A stretch of DNA of 64,000 nt, from positions 458-64,457 of the forward strand of contig CAYQYZ010000007.1 of NCBI GenBank assembly GCA_964422025.1, written 5' to 3'. The position numbers and the translations under genes were made by a program. Below are positions 9,346-18,069 of this stretch, one piece after another. Under the pieces are notes generated by a model, which searched no databases, was not told the DNA's origin, and saw only the letters and a program-made list of their open reading frames with translations. This DNA comes from an uncultured Gammaproteobacteria bacterium. Its GTDB lineage: Bacteria; Patescibacteriota; Microgenomatia; UBA1406; HO2-37-13b. How positions within the stretch are numbered: the stretch's first letter is position 1; each line of letters begins with the position of its first letter.

Positions 9346-10530
9346 TTAAAACGCAGATTCTTTTCGAATTCCAGGTTTAAGTATTTTGAATGAAAGTAAG
9401 AAACAGATAAAAACCAAAACTGCTCCGGTTAAGAATGGATATGGAATTGCAATGGTTGCAACAGCTCCGCCAAGAATTGGCCCTACAATCATACCAATAC
9501 TTTGATATGAAGCGTTGAGTCCCATAATTGTTCCTTGTGATTTTTCGTCAGCTTCTTGTGAAAGAATAGTGGGAAGTAATGTCTGAACAATGCTATTTAC
9601 AAGTCCTAGTGCAATCAGGCCAGGAATAAATAACCACAGAGTTCGTGAAAAGAACATTGTTAAAAATGCTACAGCAGTTATTAATATTGACATCGAAAAT
9701 GCTTTTTTCATTCCCAATGCTTTTGTTACGTTCCCTACAATAAACGTTTGCGAAATAAGACCAAGTATGCCAAAGATGGTAAAGAGCGTTGCGTTTTGCG
9801 ATGTTGAAAGATTGAGAACGTTAGTGGTAAATGGTTGGAATCCGTAAATGAGAGCACAGGCAAACGCCATAAAGAAAATAAGTGAGATTATAAAAGTAAG
9901 ACCCACGTTGGGATCAAATAGTGTATGCCACATTTTTTTAAAATCGAATAGATGTCCTTTTTTTACTTCTCCCATGTGTATATTTGTTTCAGGCAAATAT
10001 AGGTACGTTAGCAGAGCAGCGATTAGAGTGATAACACCTGCAATTACGAATGGCAATGCTTCACTAATTCCAACGGTGAAGGCAGCAATAGCGGGACCAA
10101 AAATAAAGCCAAAATTAAAGGCGGCTCCCACCAGTCCGAATGCTTTTGCGCGTTGTTCAGGTTTTGTGGAATCTGAAATGACGGCGAATACAACGGGAAT
10201 ATTTCCGGCAGTAATTCCATCAAGCGCTCGAGCTAAAAATAAGAACCAATAGTTTGGCGCGAATGCCATTAGGAAAAATGAACCGGCAGTTCCCAAAATC
10301 GAGATGAGTAATAATGGACGGCGGCCATATTTGTCGGACATACGACCAATAATTGGCGTTGAAACGAATTGGCATATTGAAAAAACAGCAAAAAGGAGAC
10401 CGTTGTCAAAGTCGGAAAGGCCAAATTTTTTTGAGTACGCGTAAAGAATGGGGATGATGATTCCGTAGCCGAGCATGTTTACCATGGCAACGAGGGCGAC
10501 AATGAGGATATTCTTATTTTGCTTAAACAT
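9346..10530 (-). CDS. MFS transporter
   Basis: About 12 TM helices. GRMSDKYGRRP is MFS motif A. Confidence 0.85.
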   Translation of the reverse strand: MFKQNKNILIVALVAMVNMLGYGIIIPILYAYSKKFGLSDFDNGLLFAVFSICQFVSTPIIGRMSDKYGRRPLLLISILGTAGSFFLMAFAPNYWFLFLARALDGITAGNIPVVFAVISDSTKPEQRAKAFGLVGAAFNFGFIFGPAIAAFTVGISEALPFVIAGVITLIAALLTYLYLPETNIHMGEVKKGHLFDFKKMWHTLFDPNVGLTFIISLIFFMAFACALIYGFQPFTTNVLNLSTSQNATLFTIFGILGLISQTFIVGNVTKALGMKKAFSMSILITAVAFLTMFFSRTLWLFIPGLIALGLVNSIVQTLLPTILSQEADEKSQGTIMGLNASYQSIGMIVGPILGGAVATIAIPYPFLTGAVLVFICFLLSFKILKPGIRKESAF

Positions 10531-10574
10531 GGCAATTCAGTATACCAGGAAACAGAATCTTTTTGACGAAGAGG

Positions 10575-11537
10575 TTATGAAACGGAAGATTCGATAGTCT
10601 TTTTTAGTGCATCGAGAGATTCAGCATCTAAAACAGAACAGGTGAGTATTGGCTTTTTTAACGATTTTAGCTTCGAAATTTTTGCTTTTATTTCTTTTTC
10701 AGTTACCACATCAGTTTTAGTGAGAATAATAATCTCTGGTTTATCTAGAAGCGTTGCGTCATAAGACTCTAATTCATGCCGGATGGTTTTGTAATCTTTA
10801 AGGGCGTCAGGAGACTCAATGTCGATACAATGAACAAGCAATTTAGTTTTGCTAATATGTTTTAAGAATCGTACTCCCAGCCCTTTTCCTTCGTGAGCTC
10901 CTTCAATAAGACCAGGAATATCGGCTAAAATGAGATCGTTCATTTTTCCTAAATTTGGTTCGAGCGTAGTGAATGGATAATTTCCAATTTTTGCTTGGGC
11001 GTTGGTGAGGGCGTTTAGCAAACTGCTTTTTCCGGCATTGGGAAGTCCGATAAATCCAATGTCAGCAATAAATCGTAAGTTAAGTTGTAGCGTTGTTGAT
11101 TGTCCAGGTTTTCCGGGAAGTCCAGCCGGAGGAGCTTGATTGCTGGCACTTCGTAATTCAAAATTTCCTCTTCCACCATTGCCCCCTTTGGCGATTAATA
11201 CTTTTTGATCAACCTTTTCAATTTCGATGGTTTTATTGGATTGCAAATCAATAATGCTGGTTCCAATAGGAATGCGAATAAGCAAGTCATCTCCGCCTTT
11301 TCCTTCACATTTTTTAGCTGCTCCGGCTTTGCCGTCTTCGGCTTCAATCTTTTTTTTGGACTGGAACTGTAAAAGGGCACCAAGGTCGGAAACCCCAATA
11401 AAATACACATCTCCGCCTTTTCCTCCGTTGCCGCCATCGGGTCCACCACGGGGAATAAATTTCTCACGACGGAAGGAAGCGGATCCATGACCGCCACTAC
11501 CTGCGTACACATCAATAATAACTTCGTCGATAAGCAT
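10575..11537 (-). CDS. obg: GTPase Obg (short form, no C-terminal domain)
   Basis: Gly-rich Obg fold (GGHGSASFRREKF..GGPDGGNGGKGG), G1 GLPNAGKSS and G3 DIPGLIEGA. Confidence 0.9.
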   Translation of the reverse strand: MLIDEVIIDVYAGSGGHGSASFRREKFIPRGGPDGGNGGKGGDVYFIGVSDLGALLQFQSKKKIEAEDGKAGAAKKCEGKGGDDLLIRIPIGTSIIDLQSNKTIEIEKVDQKVLIAKGGNGGRGNFELRSASNQAPPAGLPGKPGQSTTLQLNLRFIADIGFIGLPNAGKSSLLNALTNAQAKIGNYPFTTLEPNLGKMNDLILADIPGLIEGAHEGKGLGVRFLKHISKTKLLVHCIDIESPDALKDYKTIRHELESYDATLLDKPEIIILTKTDVVTEKEIKAKISKLKSLKKPILTCSVLDAESLDALKKTIESSVS

Positions 11538-11560
11538 GCCTGTATTATACTCTATTTTGT

Positions 11561-11615
11561 CAACCTAAGAGGTTGAACGTGCCTGTTCTCCGCCAGCTGG
11601 CGGACTGGAAGGTTG
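11561..11615 (+). repeat. REP-like hairpin array (CAACCT-AAG-AGGTTG, linker AACGTGCCTGTT, second unit interrupted by palindrome TCCGCCAGCTGGCGGA)
   Basis: Read directly from the sequence. It lies between the divergent obg and sigma-factor genes. The last arm abuts TATAAT 11616..11621. Confidence 0.8.
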
Positions 11616-11627
11616 TATAATACCTAT

Positions 11628-12179
11628 ATGCTTTCAGAAAAGGATTCTGCAGTACTCTCTCGACTACTCGGCCGCGATGAGCGGGCGCTTAAGAGTTTTT
11701 ATGTGCTTCATAAGTCCTCTTTGCTCTCATTCATACAAAAAACAATTGCAGATTCCGAAGAAGCCGAAGAAATCATGCAAGATACATTTTTAGATTTTAT
11801 TGAAGGATTACGTGACTTTCGAGGGCAATCAAGCCTAAAAACATATTTGTATTCAATTACAAAGCATAAAATCATTGATAAACTCCGACGAAAAAAAATT
11901 CGCAGAATATTTTTCTCGCATGTTCCGGCATTCATTATTAATTCTTTTGCAACGGTTTTTTTTGACGATGAACTTGATAAAGAGCAGGTGGTAAAAAAGA
12001 TTGAAAATGTTCTTGGAAAACTTCCACATGATTATGCCCATGTTTTACGACTAAAGTATGTAGATGGTCGTTCGGTAAAGGAAATAGCTGTTGAAATTGA
12101 GTTGCCATTTAAGACAGCTGAAAGTCTGTTGTTCCGAGCGAGAAAAGCATTTATTCATTCCTATGAAGCATATGACTGA
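11628..12179 (+). CDS. RNA polymerase sigma-70 factor, ECF subfamily
   Basis: Sigma2 (EEIMQDTFLDFIEGLRDFRG) and sigma4 (VLRLKYVDGRSVKEIAVEIELPFKTAESLLFRARKAF) regions. Start moved to the ATG 6 nt after TATAAT. Confidence 0.85.
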   Translation: MLSEKDSAVLSRLLGRDERALKSFYVLHKSSLLSFIQKTIADSEEAEEIMQDTFLDFIEGLRDFRGQSSLKTYLYSITKHKIIDKLRRKKIRRIFFSHVPAFIINSFATVFFDDELDKEQVVKKIENVLGKLPHDYAHVLRLKYVDGRSVKEIAVEIELPFKTAESLLFRARKAFIHSYEAYD

Positions 12180-12420
12180 TACCACATTACAATTATTGCA
12201 GAACAAATTACACGAAACATATGAGCTAAAACCAAATCGGTTTGACTCTGCACTCGCCAATACTCTCTTTACTACCGTAGCAAAGCAGCTAAAGACGTTT
12301 CCATTTAAATGGTATATTCCTGCGGCAGTATTATTTACGTTTTTCTGCTGGTCCCTTTCTAAGTTAACAAACTTCGGATTACTTACCCGGCTTGCAAGTA
12401 TTCTGCAATATGGATTCTAA
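12172..12420 (+). CDS. putative membrane-anchored anti-sigma factor (single TM)
   Basis: ATGACTGA overlap with the sigma-factor stop and one TM helix. The call rests on position only, with no zinc-binding motif. Confidence 0.4.
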   Translation: MTDTTLQLLQNKLHETYELKPNRFDSALANTLFTTVAKQLKTFPFKWYIPAAVLFTFFCWSLSKLTNFGLLTRLASILQYGF

Positions 12421-13015
12421 TAAAAGTTTACTGACTCAGACCCTAGCTACTTCAATACTAGTGCTCAATAACTTTTCTGGACTTATCTTTTCTCCGTATA
12501 AAGTAATGCGGAAAATCTCGCATGTATTCGACCAAAAGCAGGTTATGTTAATTTTCTTTTTAGTTTTTGCATATTTTTATTCAGTGAGTTTTATGTTCGG
12601 CCACAACATATTAAATTTTTTATATTTCTTGGGCTCATTTTTTTTAACAATAGTGTTCTTTTATGGAAGTGGACGCTTGTGTAGATACCAAGTTTCGCTC
12701 TCTTCGTTAATCTCTACGTGGAGTTACGGGTTACTACCAACGCTGCTATGGTTTTTTTTGACTGCCATTTTATTTGCTCTTTTTCCACCTCCTCGCACTC
12801 AGTCGCTCATGGGCACGGTATTAAGCATACTTTTTGTAGGTATTTCAGTTTCACTGTTATTATGGAAAATTACTCTTATTTACCTGGCGATTCGATTTAG
12901 TTTAAAGACAAATGCGATTATGACCGGATTTTTTATGATTATTTACGGAGCGTGGTTTTTGCCATACACATATGCACTATATTTCTTCTCAATTTCACGG
13001 GTGCCGTTTATTTAA
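12410..13015 (+). CDS. polytopic membrane protein
   Basis: ATG overlaps the upstream stop. About 5 TM helices. No family recognised. Confidence 0.55.
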   Translation: MDSNKSLLTQTLATSILVLNNFSGLIFSPYKVMRKISHVFDQKQVMLIFFLVFAYFYSVSFMFGHNILNFLYFLGSFFLTIVFFYGSGRLCRYQVSLSSLISTWSYGLLPTLLWFFLTAILFALFPPPRTQSLMGTVLSILFVGISVSLLLWKITLIYLAIRFSLKTNAIMTGFFMIIYGAWFLPYTYALYFFSISRVPFI

Positions 13016-13423
13016 TTAGTCAGTACCGACTCTGCCTCGAGAAGGAGGTTTTGTAGGAGCTGCATTATCTTGGAGCGTGGGCAGAGTAAATTGAATTCCA
13101 TTGTTGAATCGAATAATTCCAAACAAATTTCCAACGATGTAGCTAAATATGGTCAAAGAAGCAACAACGATTAGAAGTCCGAGAGCGGCATTTGTCATTT
13201 TATCTTTGGCCCCATCAAGTTTTTCTCGCTCACCGCTTGACTGGATCCAATTAAGTCCACCCCACAGTAAATACACGAAAAAAACAGCTGCAGTAGCAAT
13301 CAAAAAAAGCTGAATACCAACAGTTAGTAATTTACTTAAGCCTGCAACCGGAGACGCATTATATAGCCCCGGTGGGGGAGTGACTTTTCCAAATAATTCA
13401 TCTACTTTTTGTGCAAGTATCAT
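13016..13423 (-). CDS. TrbC/VirB2-type 'T4SS pilin'-like protein
   Basis: Two hydrophobic helices flank a short polar loop (LLWGGLNWIQSSGEREKLDGAKDKMTNAALGLLIV), the layout of CPR pilin-like proteins (PF18895-like). Assigned by eye. Confidence 0.6.
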   Translation of the reverse strand: MILAQKVDELFGKVTPPPGLYNASPVAGLSKLLTVGIQLFLIATAAVFFVYLLWGGLNWIQSSGEREKLDGAKDKMTNAALGLLIVVASLTIFSYIVGNLFGIIRFNNGIQFTLPTLQDNAAPTKPPSRGRVGTD

Positions 13424-13716
13424 AGAGGGATTGCTACATTTGTAATAAATCCAATGAGTTTTGTCAAGAAAAAGCTTGCTGCAATGAGTCCAAATCCCAG
13501 AACTGCCCAGAATAACAGCTCCTGCACTTTCTGGAAATTTTCACTACTATCGCCGGCCTGCAACATTTTAATACCGCCCATCATAAGCATGGCGAGAAGT
13601 AAAACAGCCGCTATAATTAGAATAAGAGGAATGGCTACATTTAGTAACGACGAGATTGAACTAAGACGAGCCGGGGCAAACGTATCTTGATTTATTTCAA
13701 TCGCATGAACATTCAT
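13420..13716 (-). CDS. TrbC/VirB2-type 'T4SS pilin'-like protein (paralog)
   Basis: Same two-helix layout (LLAMLMMGGIKMLQAGDSSENFQKVQELLFWAVLGFGL). Start set at Met13 because the TTG 'start' of the ORF track is the -35 box. Confidence 0.55.
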   Translation of the reverse strand: MNVHAIEINQDTFAPARLSSISSLLNVAIPLILIIAAVLLLAMLMMGGIKMLQAGDSSENFQKVQELLFWAVLGFGLIAASFFLTKLIGFITNVAIPL

Positions 13717-13723
13717 TAAATTG

Positions 13724-13752
13724 AGTGTAATATAAATGATTTTTACTGTCAA
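13724..13752 (-). promoter_or_regulatory. promoter TTGACA-N17-TACACT, 7 nt before ATG (leaderless layout)
   Basis: Hexamers and spacing read directly from the minus strand. Confidence 0.55.
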
Positions 13753-13768
13753 CTACGACTAAAATAAT

Positions 13769-14461
13769 ATGGACAATCTTCCAAAGCATATTGCTATTAT
13801 TTGTGATGGAAATCGGCGATGGGCGAGAGCGCATTTTGTACCTTCACTAATAGGGCATCAAAAGGGTTTTGAAGCATTTTTGAAGGTGAGTAAACATTTA
13901 CGCGCCCGAGGTGTCCACACTCTCACTGCATGGGGTTTTTCAACGGAAAATTGGGATCGAAGTACCGAAGAGATTAATTATTTAATGAAGTTATTTGAGA
14001 GAATATTCGACGATATGATTGAAGATATAATCGCGGATAAAGTTAGAGTTGTTCATTTGGGACGTAAAGATCGATTACCCCAGAGTCTTCTAAAAAAGAT
14101 CATCTCAACTGAAGAGCGAACTAAGGATTTTACAAACCATGTATTTAATGTAGGGCTGGATTACGGAGGACAGGACGAAATAGTACGCGCAGTGCAAAAA
14201 ATTAAAGACGATCCGAAAGCTTCTGAGCGAGTAAATGCTGAAGTATTCTCATCATACCTCGATACAGGCAACCAGCCACATCCAAATCCTGACATGATTA
14301 TTCGAACGGGCGGCGAACATCGGCTTTCTGGGTTTTTATTATGGCAGATAGCATATGCAGAGCTTTTTTTTCCAAAAGAAACGTTGCCTGATTTGACTCC
14401 GACACTCGTTGATCAGCTTCTTGAAGAGTACTCCACTCGTCATCGCCGCTTCGGAAAATAG
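13769..14461 (+). CDS. uppS: isoprenyl transferase (undecaprenyl-diphosphate synthase family)
   Basis: HIAIICDGNRRWA and IRTGGEHRLSGFLLWQ motifs. Confidence 0.9.
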   Translation: MDNLPKHIAIICDGNRRWARAHFVPSLIGHQKGFEAFLKVSKHLRARGVHTLTAWGFSTENWDRSTEEINYLMKLFERIFDDMIEDIIADKVRVVHLGRKDRLPQSLLKKIISTEERTKDFTNHVFNVGLDYGGQDEIVRAVQKIKDDPKASERVNAEVFSSYLDTGNQPHPNPDMIIRTGGEHRLSGFLLWQIAYAELFFPKETLPDLTPTLVDQLLEEYSTRHRRFGK

Positions 14462-14488
14462 AATTGCGGTTCGTGTATAATATTTTCC

Positions 14489-15532
14489 ATGTTCAATCCT
14501 TCATATAAAATCACTAATTCAATTCTTAAGAACATTGGATCTATTGAAGCTGCTCGTGAAGTAGTTTCGGGAGCTCCATTGCTGCCTTTGTGGGAAAAAC
14601 GATTTCGAGAAGACGCTATTATTCGACAAGCGCACCATGGAACGCATATTGAGGGAAATAAATTGAACCTCTCCGAGGCTAAGGATGTGTTGTTGGGGCG
14701 GGACGTATTGGGGCACGCCCGTGATGTGCAAGAAGTCATTAATTATCGACGCGTTCTGGAAGTTATTGAAGATGAAACGGATCGAGAAGTTGAACGAGTT
14801 AATGAAGCCCTTATTAAAAAATTACATCGAGTTGTAGTGAATAAAATTTTGCCCGATGAACAGGCTGGGGAATATCGATCGAAACAGGTGGTGATTCGAA
14901 ATAGTGAAACGGGTGAAATTACGTTCCGTCCGCCGTCGCCGGTGGAAGTGCCATTTTTAATGCGAGAATTTTTGTATTGGTTCAATAAACAAAATGATGA
15001 TGATTTGCATCCGATATTAAAAGCGGGAATTTCACATCATGAGTTAGTCCGAATTCATCCGTTTATCGATGGAAATGGGCGAGTTTCTCGAGGGGTTGCG
15101 ACGTTAGTTTTGTTTCTGGGGAAATATGATATTCGCCGATTTTTTTCATTGGAGGAGTTTTATGACAAGGATGCGTACGCGTATTACGAAAATCTCAAAA
15201 AAGCGTCGGATGGCGATTTAACATCGTGGCTGGAGTACTTCACGCTTGGGGTAGCGATAGAGTTTGAGCGCATAAAGACGAAAGTCTTGAAACTCTCTAA
15301 GGATACTTACTTAAAGGAGAAGCTTGGTGGTAAACAGGTATTTTTGACGGAACGACAAACAAAAATCATTGAGTATATTCAAAGTATTGGGTATTTACAG
15401 AATCAGAGCTTTGGAGAAGTATTTAGCGATGTTTCTGATGATACAGCGCTTCGAGATTTAAAAGATTTAGTTGAAAAAGGGATTATAAAAAAAATTGGAA
15501 AAACAAAAGCTGCTCGGTACGTGATGGTATAA
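14489..15532 (+). CDS. Fic family protein (AMPylase-type) with C-terminal winged-helix
   Basis: Fic motif HPFIDGNGRVSRG. N-terminal THIEGN segment resembles the inhibitory helix. GTGTATAAT lies 7 nt upstream of the ATG. Confidence 0.85.
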   Translation: MFNPSYKITNSILKNIGSIEAAREVVSGAPLLPLWEKRFREDAIIRQAHHGTHIEGNKLNLSEAKDVLLGRDVLGHARDVQEVINYRRVLEVIEDETDREVERVNEALIKKLHRVVVNKILPDEQAGEYRSKQVVIRNSETGEITFRPPSPVEVPFLMREFLYWFNKQNDDDLHPILKAGISHHELVRIHPFIDGNGRVSRGVATLVLFLGKYDIRRFFSLEEFYDKDAYAYYENLKKASDGDLTSWLEYFTLGVAIEFERIKTKVLKLSKDTYLKEKLGGKQVFLTERQTKIIEYIQSIGYLQNQSFGEVFSDVSDDTALRDLKDLVEKGIIKKIGKTKAARYVMV

Positions 15533-15539
15533 TAGGGGA

Positions 15540-17267
15540 ATGAAATTCCATGATTTAGCCGTATATTTTGACAAAATTGAACAAACTGCTTCGCGGGTTG
15601 AAATGACAAAGATTTTAGCGGAACTATTCTCTACGGTGTCCGCCGATGAGATTGACAAAGTCCTCTATTTACTTCAGGGAAGAGTAGTGCCGTTATACGA
15701 AAAAGCCGACTTTGGACTTGCTGAAAAACTCCTTATAAAAGCGTTTGTAACGGGTTTGCAAATCGATGAGAAAGTATTCATGAATGCATATAAAAACTCG
15801 GGGGACTTGGGAAAAACGATTGAAAGCTTACGTTCATCAGTCTCAACCATTGGGGAGAGCGATCTGAATATCGTACAAGTCTACGATAAACTGTATTCAA
15901 TAACGCAAGCTTCAGGCACCGGTTCCCAAGAAGTAAAACTAAGCATTATTACCGATCTTATTCAAAGCCTCGATGCCCTTTCCAGCCGATTCATTGCCCG
16001 TATTCCCACAAATACGCTTCGATTAGGATTTTCCGATATGACCATATTAGACGCGTTTTCATGGATGGCCACCGGCGACAAATCGCTACGGCCCGCAATT
16101 GAGAAAGTTTACCAAGTGAACCCAGATCTTGGTTTTATTGGTAAGGTTATGAAAGAAAAAGGCGTTAAAGGACTCTCAACGGTCGGTCCTACGCTCTTCA
16201 CCCCTATTCTTATGATGAAAGCTGAACGACTCTCGTCACCCGAGTCAATTTTGGAAAAGGTTCCTGCGGGAATTATTGAGCCAAAATATGACGGGTTCCG
16301 TTTGCAGATCCATCATAATAAAAAAGATACACGTCTTTATTCCCGCGGCTTGGACGATGTTACTCATATGTATCCCGATGTGGTGCTTGGAATCCAAAAA
16401 GAAATTAAGGCTCAAGAAGTTATTCTTGAAGGCGAAGCCATTGGGTTTGATATTCAAACGGGTGGATTTTTGCCATTCCAAGAAACGGTACAGCGAAAAC
16501 GAAAATATGATATTGCATCAAAAGCTTTAGAAATTCCGCTCCGTTTATTTGCGTTTGACCTTCTTTATTTAGATGGCACAAGTTTGATTGACCAACCACT
16601 CACGCACCGACGCAAACTCCTTAATCAGACGGTAAAACTTACTAACGACGTAGCCAAAGACACCATTCTCCTTTCCCCTGAAACTGTTATAACAACTGCT
16701 TCTCAAATCGAAGCAGAGTTTGACGAAGCAATCGCCAAGGGGCTTGAAGGAATTATGGTAAAACGTGCCGACGGGCCATATCAACCCGGCGCCCGAGGCT
16801 GGAACTGGATTAAGTATAAACGTAGCTATAGTAGTAAAATTGACGACACAATCGACTGTTTAGTAATGGGCTACGATTACGGCAAAGGCAAGCGTGCCGG
16901 ATTTGGTTTAGGAGCAATTCTAGTGGGAATTTATGACGAAAAAGAGGATAAATACAAAACGGTTGCCAAACTTGGAACCGGACTTACGGATGATGAATGG
17001 AGATTAATGTTTGAGCAATCTGAGAAGCTCAGGTCAGATACAAAGCCCATACTCTACGAGGTGACCGACCTTATGAAAGCTGACGTATGGGTAAAACCAA
17101 AAATTGTTTTGGAGATTAAGGCGGATGAACTTACCAAGTCACCATCTCACACGGCTGGCTACGCACTGCGTTTCCCTCGGCTCGAACGAATTCGTGATGA
17201 TAAACGACCCGAAGATGTGACAAGCATGCAAGAAATTGAGGAGATTTTTGCATCGCAAAAAAAGTAA
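15540..17267 (+). CDS. ATP-dependent DNA ligase (archaeal/eukaryotic Lig1-like, with N-terminal DNA-binding domain)
   Basis: Adenylation motif I EPKYDGFR, motif EGIMVK, and C-terminal OB fold ending in RFPRLERIRDDK. Confidence 0.9.
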   Translation: MKFHDLAVYFDKIEQTASRVEMTKILAELFSTVSADEIDKVLYLLQGRVVPLYEKADFGLAEKLLIKAFVTGLQIDEKVFMNAYKNSGDLGKTIESLRSSVSTIGESDLNIVQVYDKLYSITQASGTGSQEVKLSIITDLIQSLDALSSRFIARIPTNTLRLGFSDMTILDAFSWMATGDKSLRPAIEKVYQVNPDLGFIGKVMKEKGVKGLSTVGPTLFTPILMMKAERLSSPESILEKVPAGIIEPKYDGFRLQIHHNKKDTRLYSRGLDDVTHMYPDVVLGIQKEIKAQEVILEGEAIGFDIQTGGFLPFQETVQRKRKYDIASKALEIPLRLFAFDLLYLDGTSLIDQPLTHRRKLLNQTVKLTNDVAKDTILLSPETVITTASQIEAEFDEAIAKGLEGIMVKRADGPYQPGARGWNWIKYKRSYSSKIDDTIDCLVMGYDYGKGKRAGFGLGAILVGIYDEKEDKYKTVAKLGTGLTDDEWRLMFEQSEKLRSDTKPILYEVTDLMKADVWVKPKIVLEIKADELTKSPSHTAGYALRFPRLERIRDDKRPEDVTSMQEIEEIFASQKK

Positions 17268-17269
17268 TT

Positions 17270-18031
17270 ATGAAAACATTATTAAGTATTGTAATCCCAA
17301 CTCTTAACGAGGAGAAATATCTACCGCTTCTTTTAGGAGATTTAGCTCATCAGTCCAGGAAAGACTTCGAGGTGATTGTTGTTGATGGAAATTCTGAAGA
17401 CACGACTATTCAAAAAGCCCACGATTTTAAGAAAAAACTGACGCTTCATGTAGAAAAAGTTATTCGTCGAAATCTTTCATTTCAAAGAAATACTGGTGTA
17501 GACTTGGCTAAGGGAGAGTACGTTTTGATTTTAGATGCAGATACTCGAATTGATGATTCATTTGTAAAAACTGTCACTGATGAAATCAAGAAAAATCGAG
17601 CGCTTATATATTTACCGATAATTCTTCCCATAACAACAAAGCTACTATATAGGATTATATTTAAGATCTCAAATCTACTTGTTGTACTGTCGCAACATTG
17701 GAGTCGGCCACTTCCAACTCAGGCCGCTATGATATTTAATAGGGATTTCTTCATTTCATTAGGAGGTTATAGAGTACATAATACTCAAGATAATAAGAAG
17801 TATTTCCCGGAAGATCATGATATTATGCAAAGAGCAAAAAAAACAGGGGTGCAAGCAAAGGCGTTGCAAGAAGTACAGGTGAAAGTTTCCCAACGTCGAT
17901 TTGATCAGCGAGGAGCATTAGTAATCATGTTTACCTATCTTATTTCCGCGATTCAAATGACGCTGTTTGGAAAGATGAAAAATTCCCGCATGGATTATGA
18001 AATGGGTGGGCACGTGTACGGCCATCAATAA
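17270..18031 (+). CDS. glycosyltransferase family 2
   Basis: SIVIPTLNEEKYL N-terminus and DADT (DXD) motif. Paralogous to the next gene. Confidence 0.8.
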   Translation: MKTLLSIVIPTLNEEKYLPLLLGDLAHQSRKDFEVIVVDGNSEDTTIQKAHDFKKKLTLHVEKVIRRNLSFQRNTGVDLAKGEYVLILDADTRIDDSFVKTVTDEIKKNRALIYLPIILPITTKLLYRIIFKISNLLVVLSQHWSRPLPTQAAMIFNRDFFISLGGYRVHNTQDNKKYFPEDHDIMQRAKKTGVQAKALQEVQVKVSQRRFDQRGALVIMFTYLISAIQMTLFGKMKNSRMDYEMGGHVYGHQ

Positions 18032-18069
18032 ATGGTATACTATACATAGATTAATATAGCTTGCTACAT

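Noticed and set aside
14489-15532. The Fic protein as the toxin of a toxin-antitoxin or defence pair with a neighbouring gene.
   Set aside because: No small antitoxin ORF is adjacent. The protein carries its own N-terminal inhibitory-helix-like segment (THIEGN) and sits in a housekeeping-type operon, so a stand-alone auto-inhibited Fic is the simpler reading.
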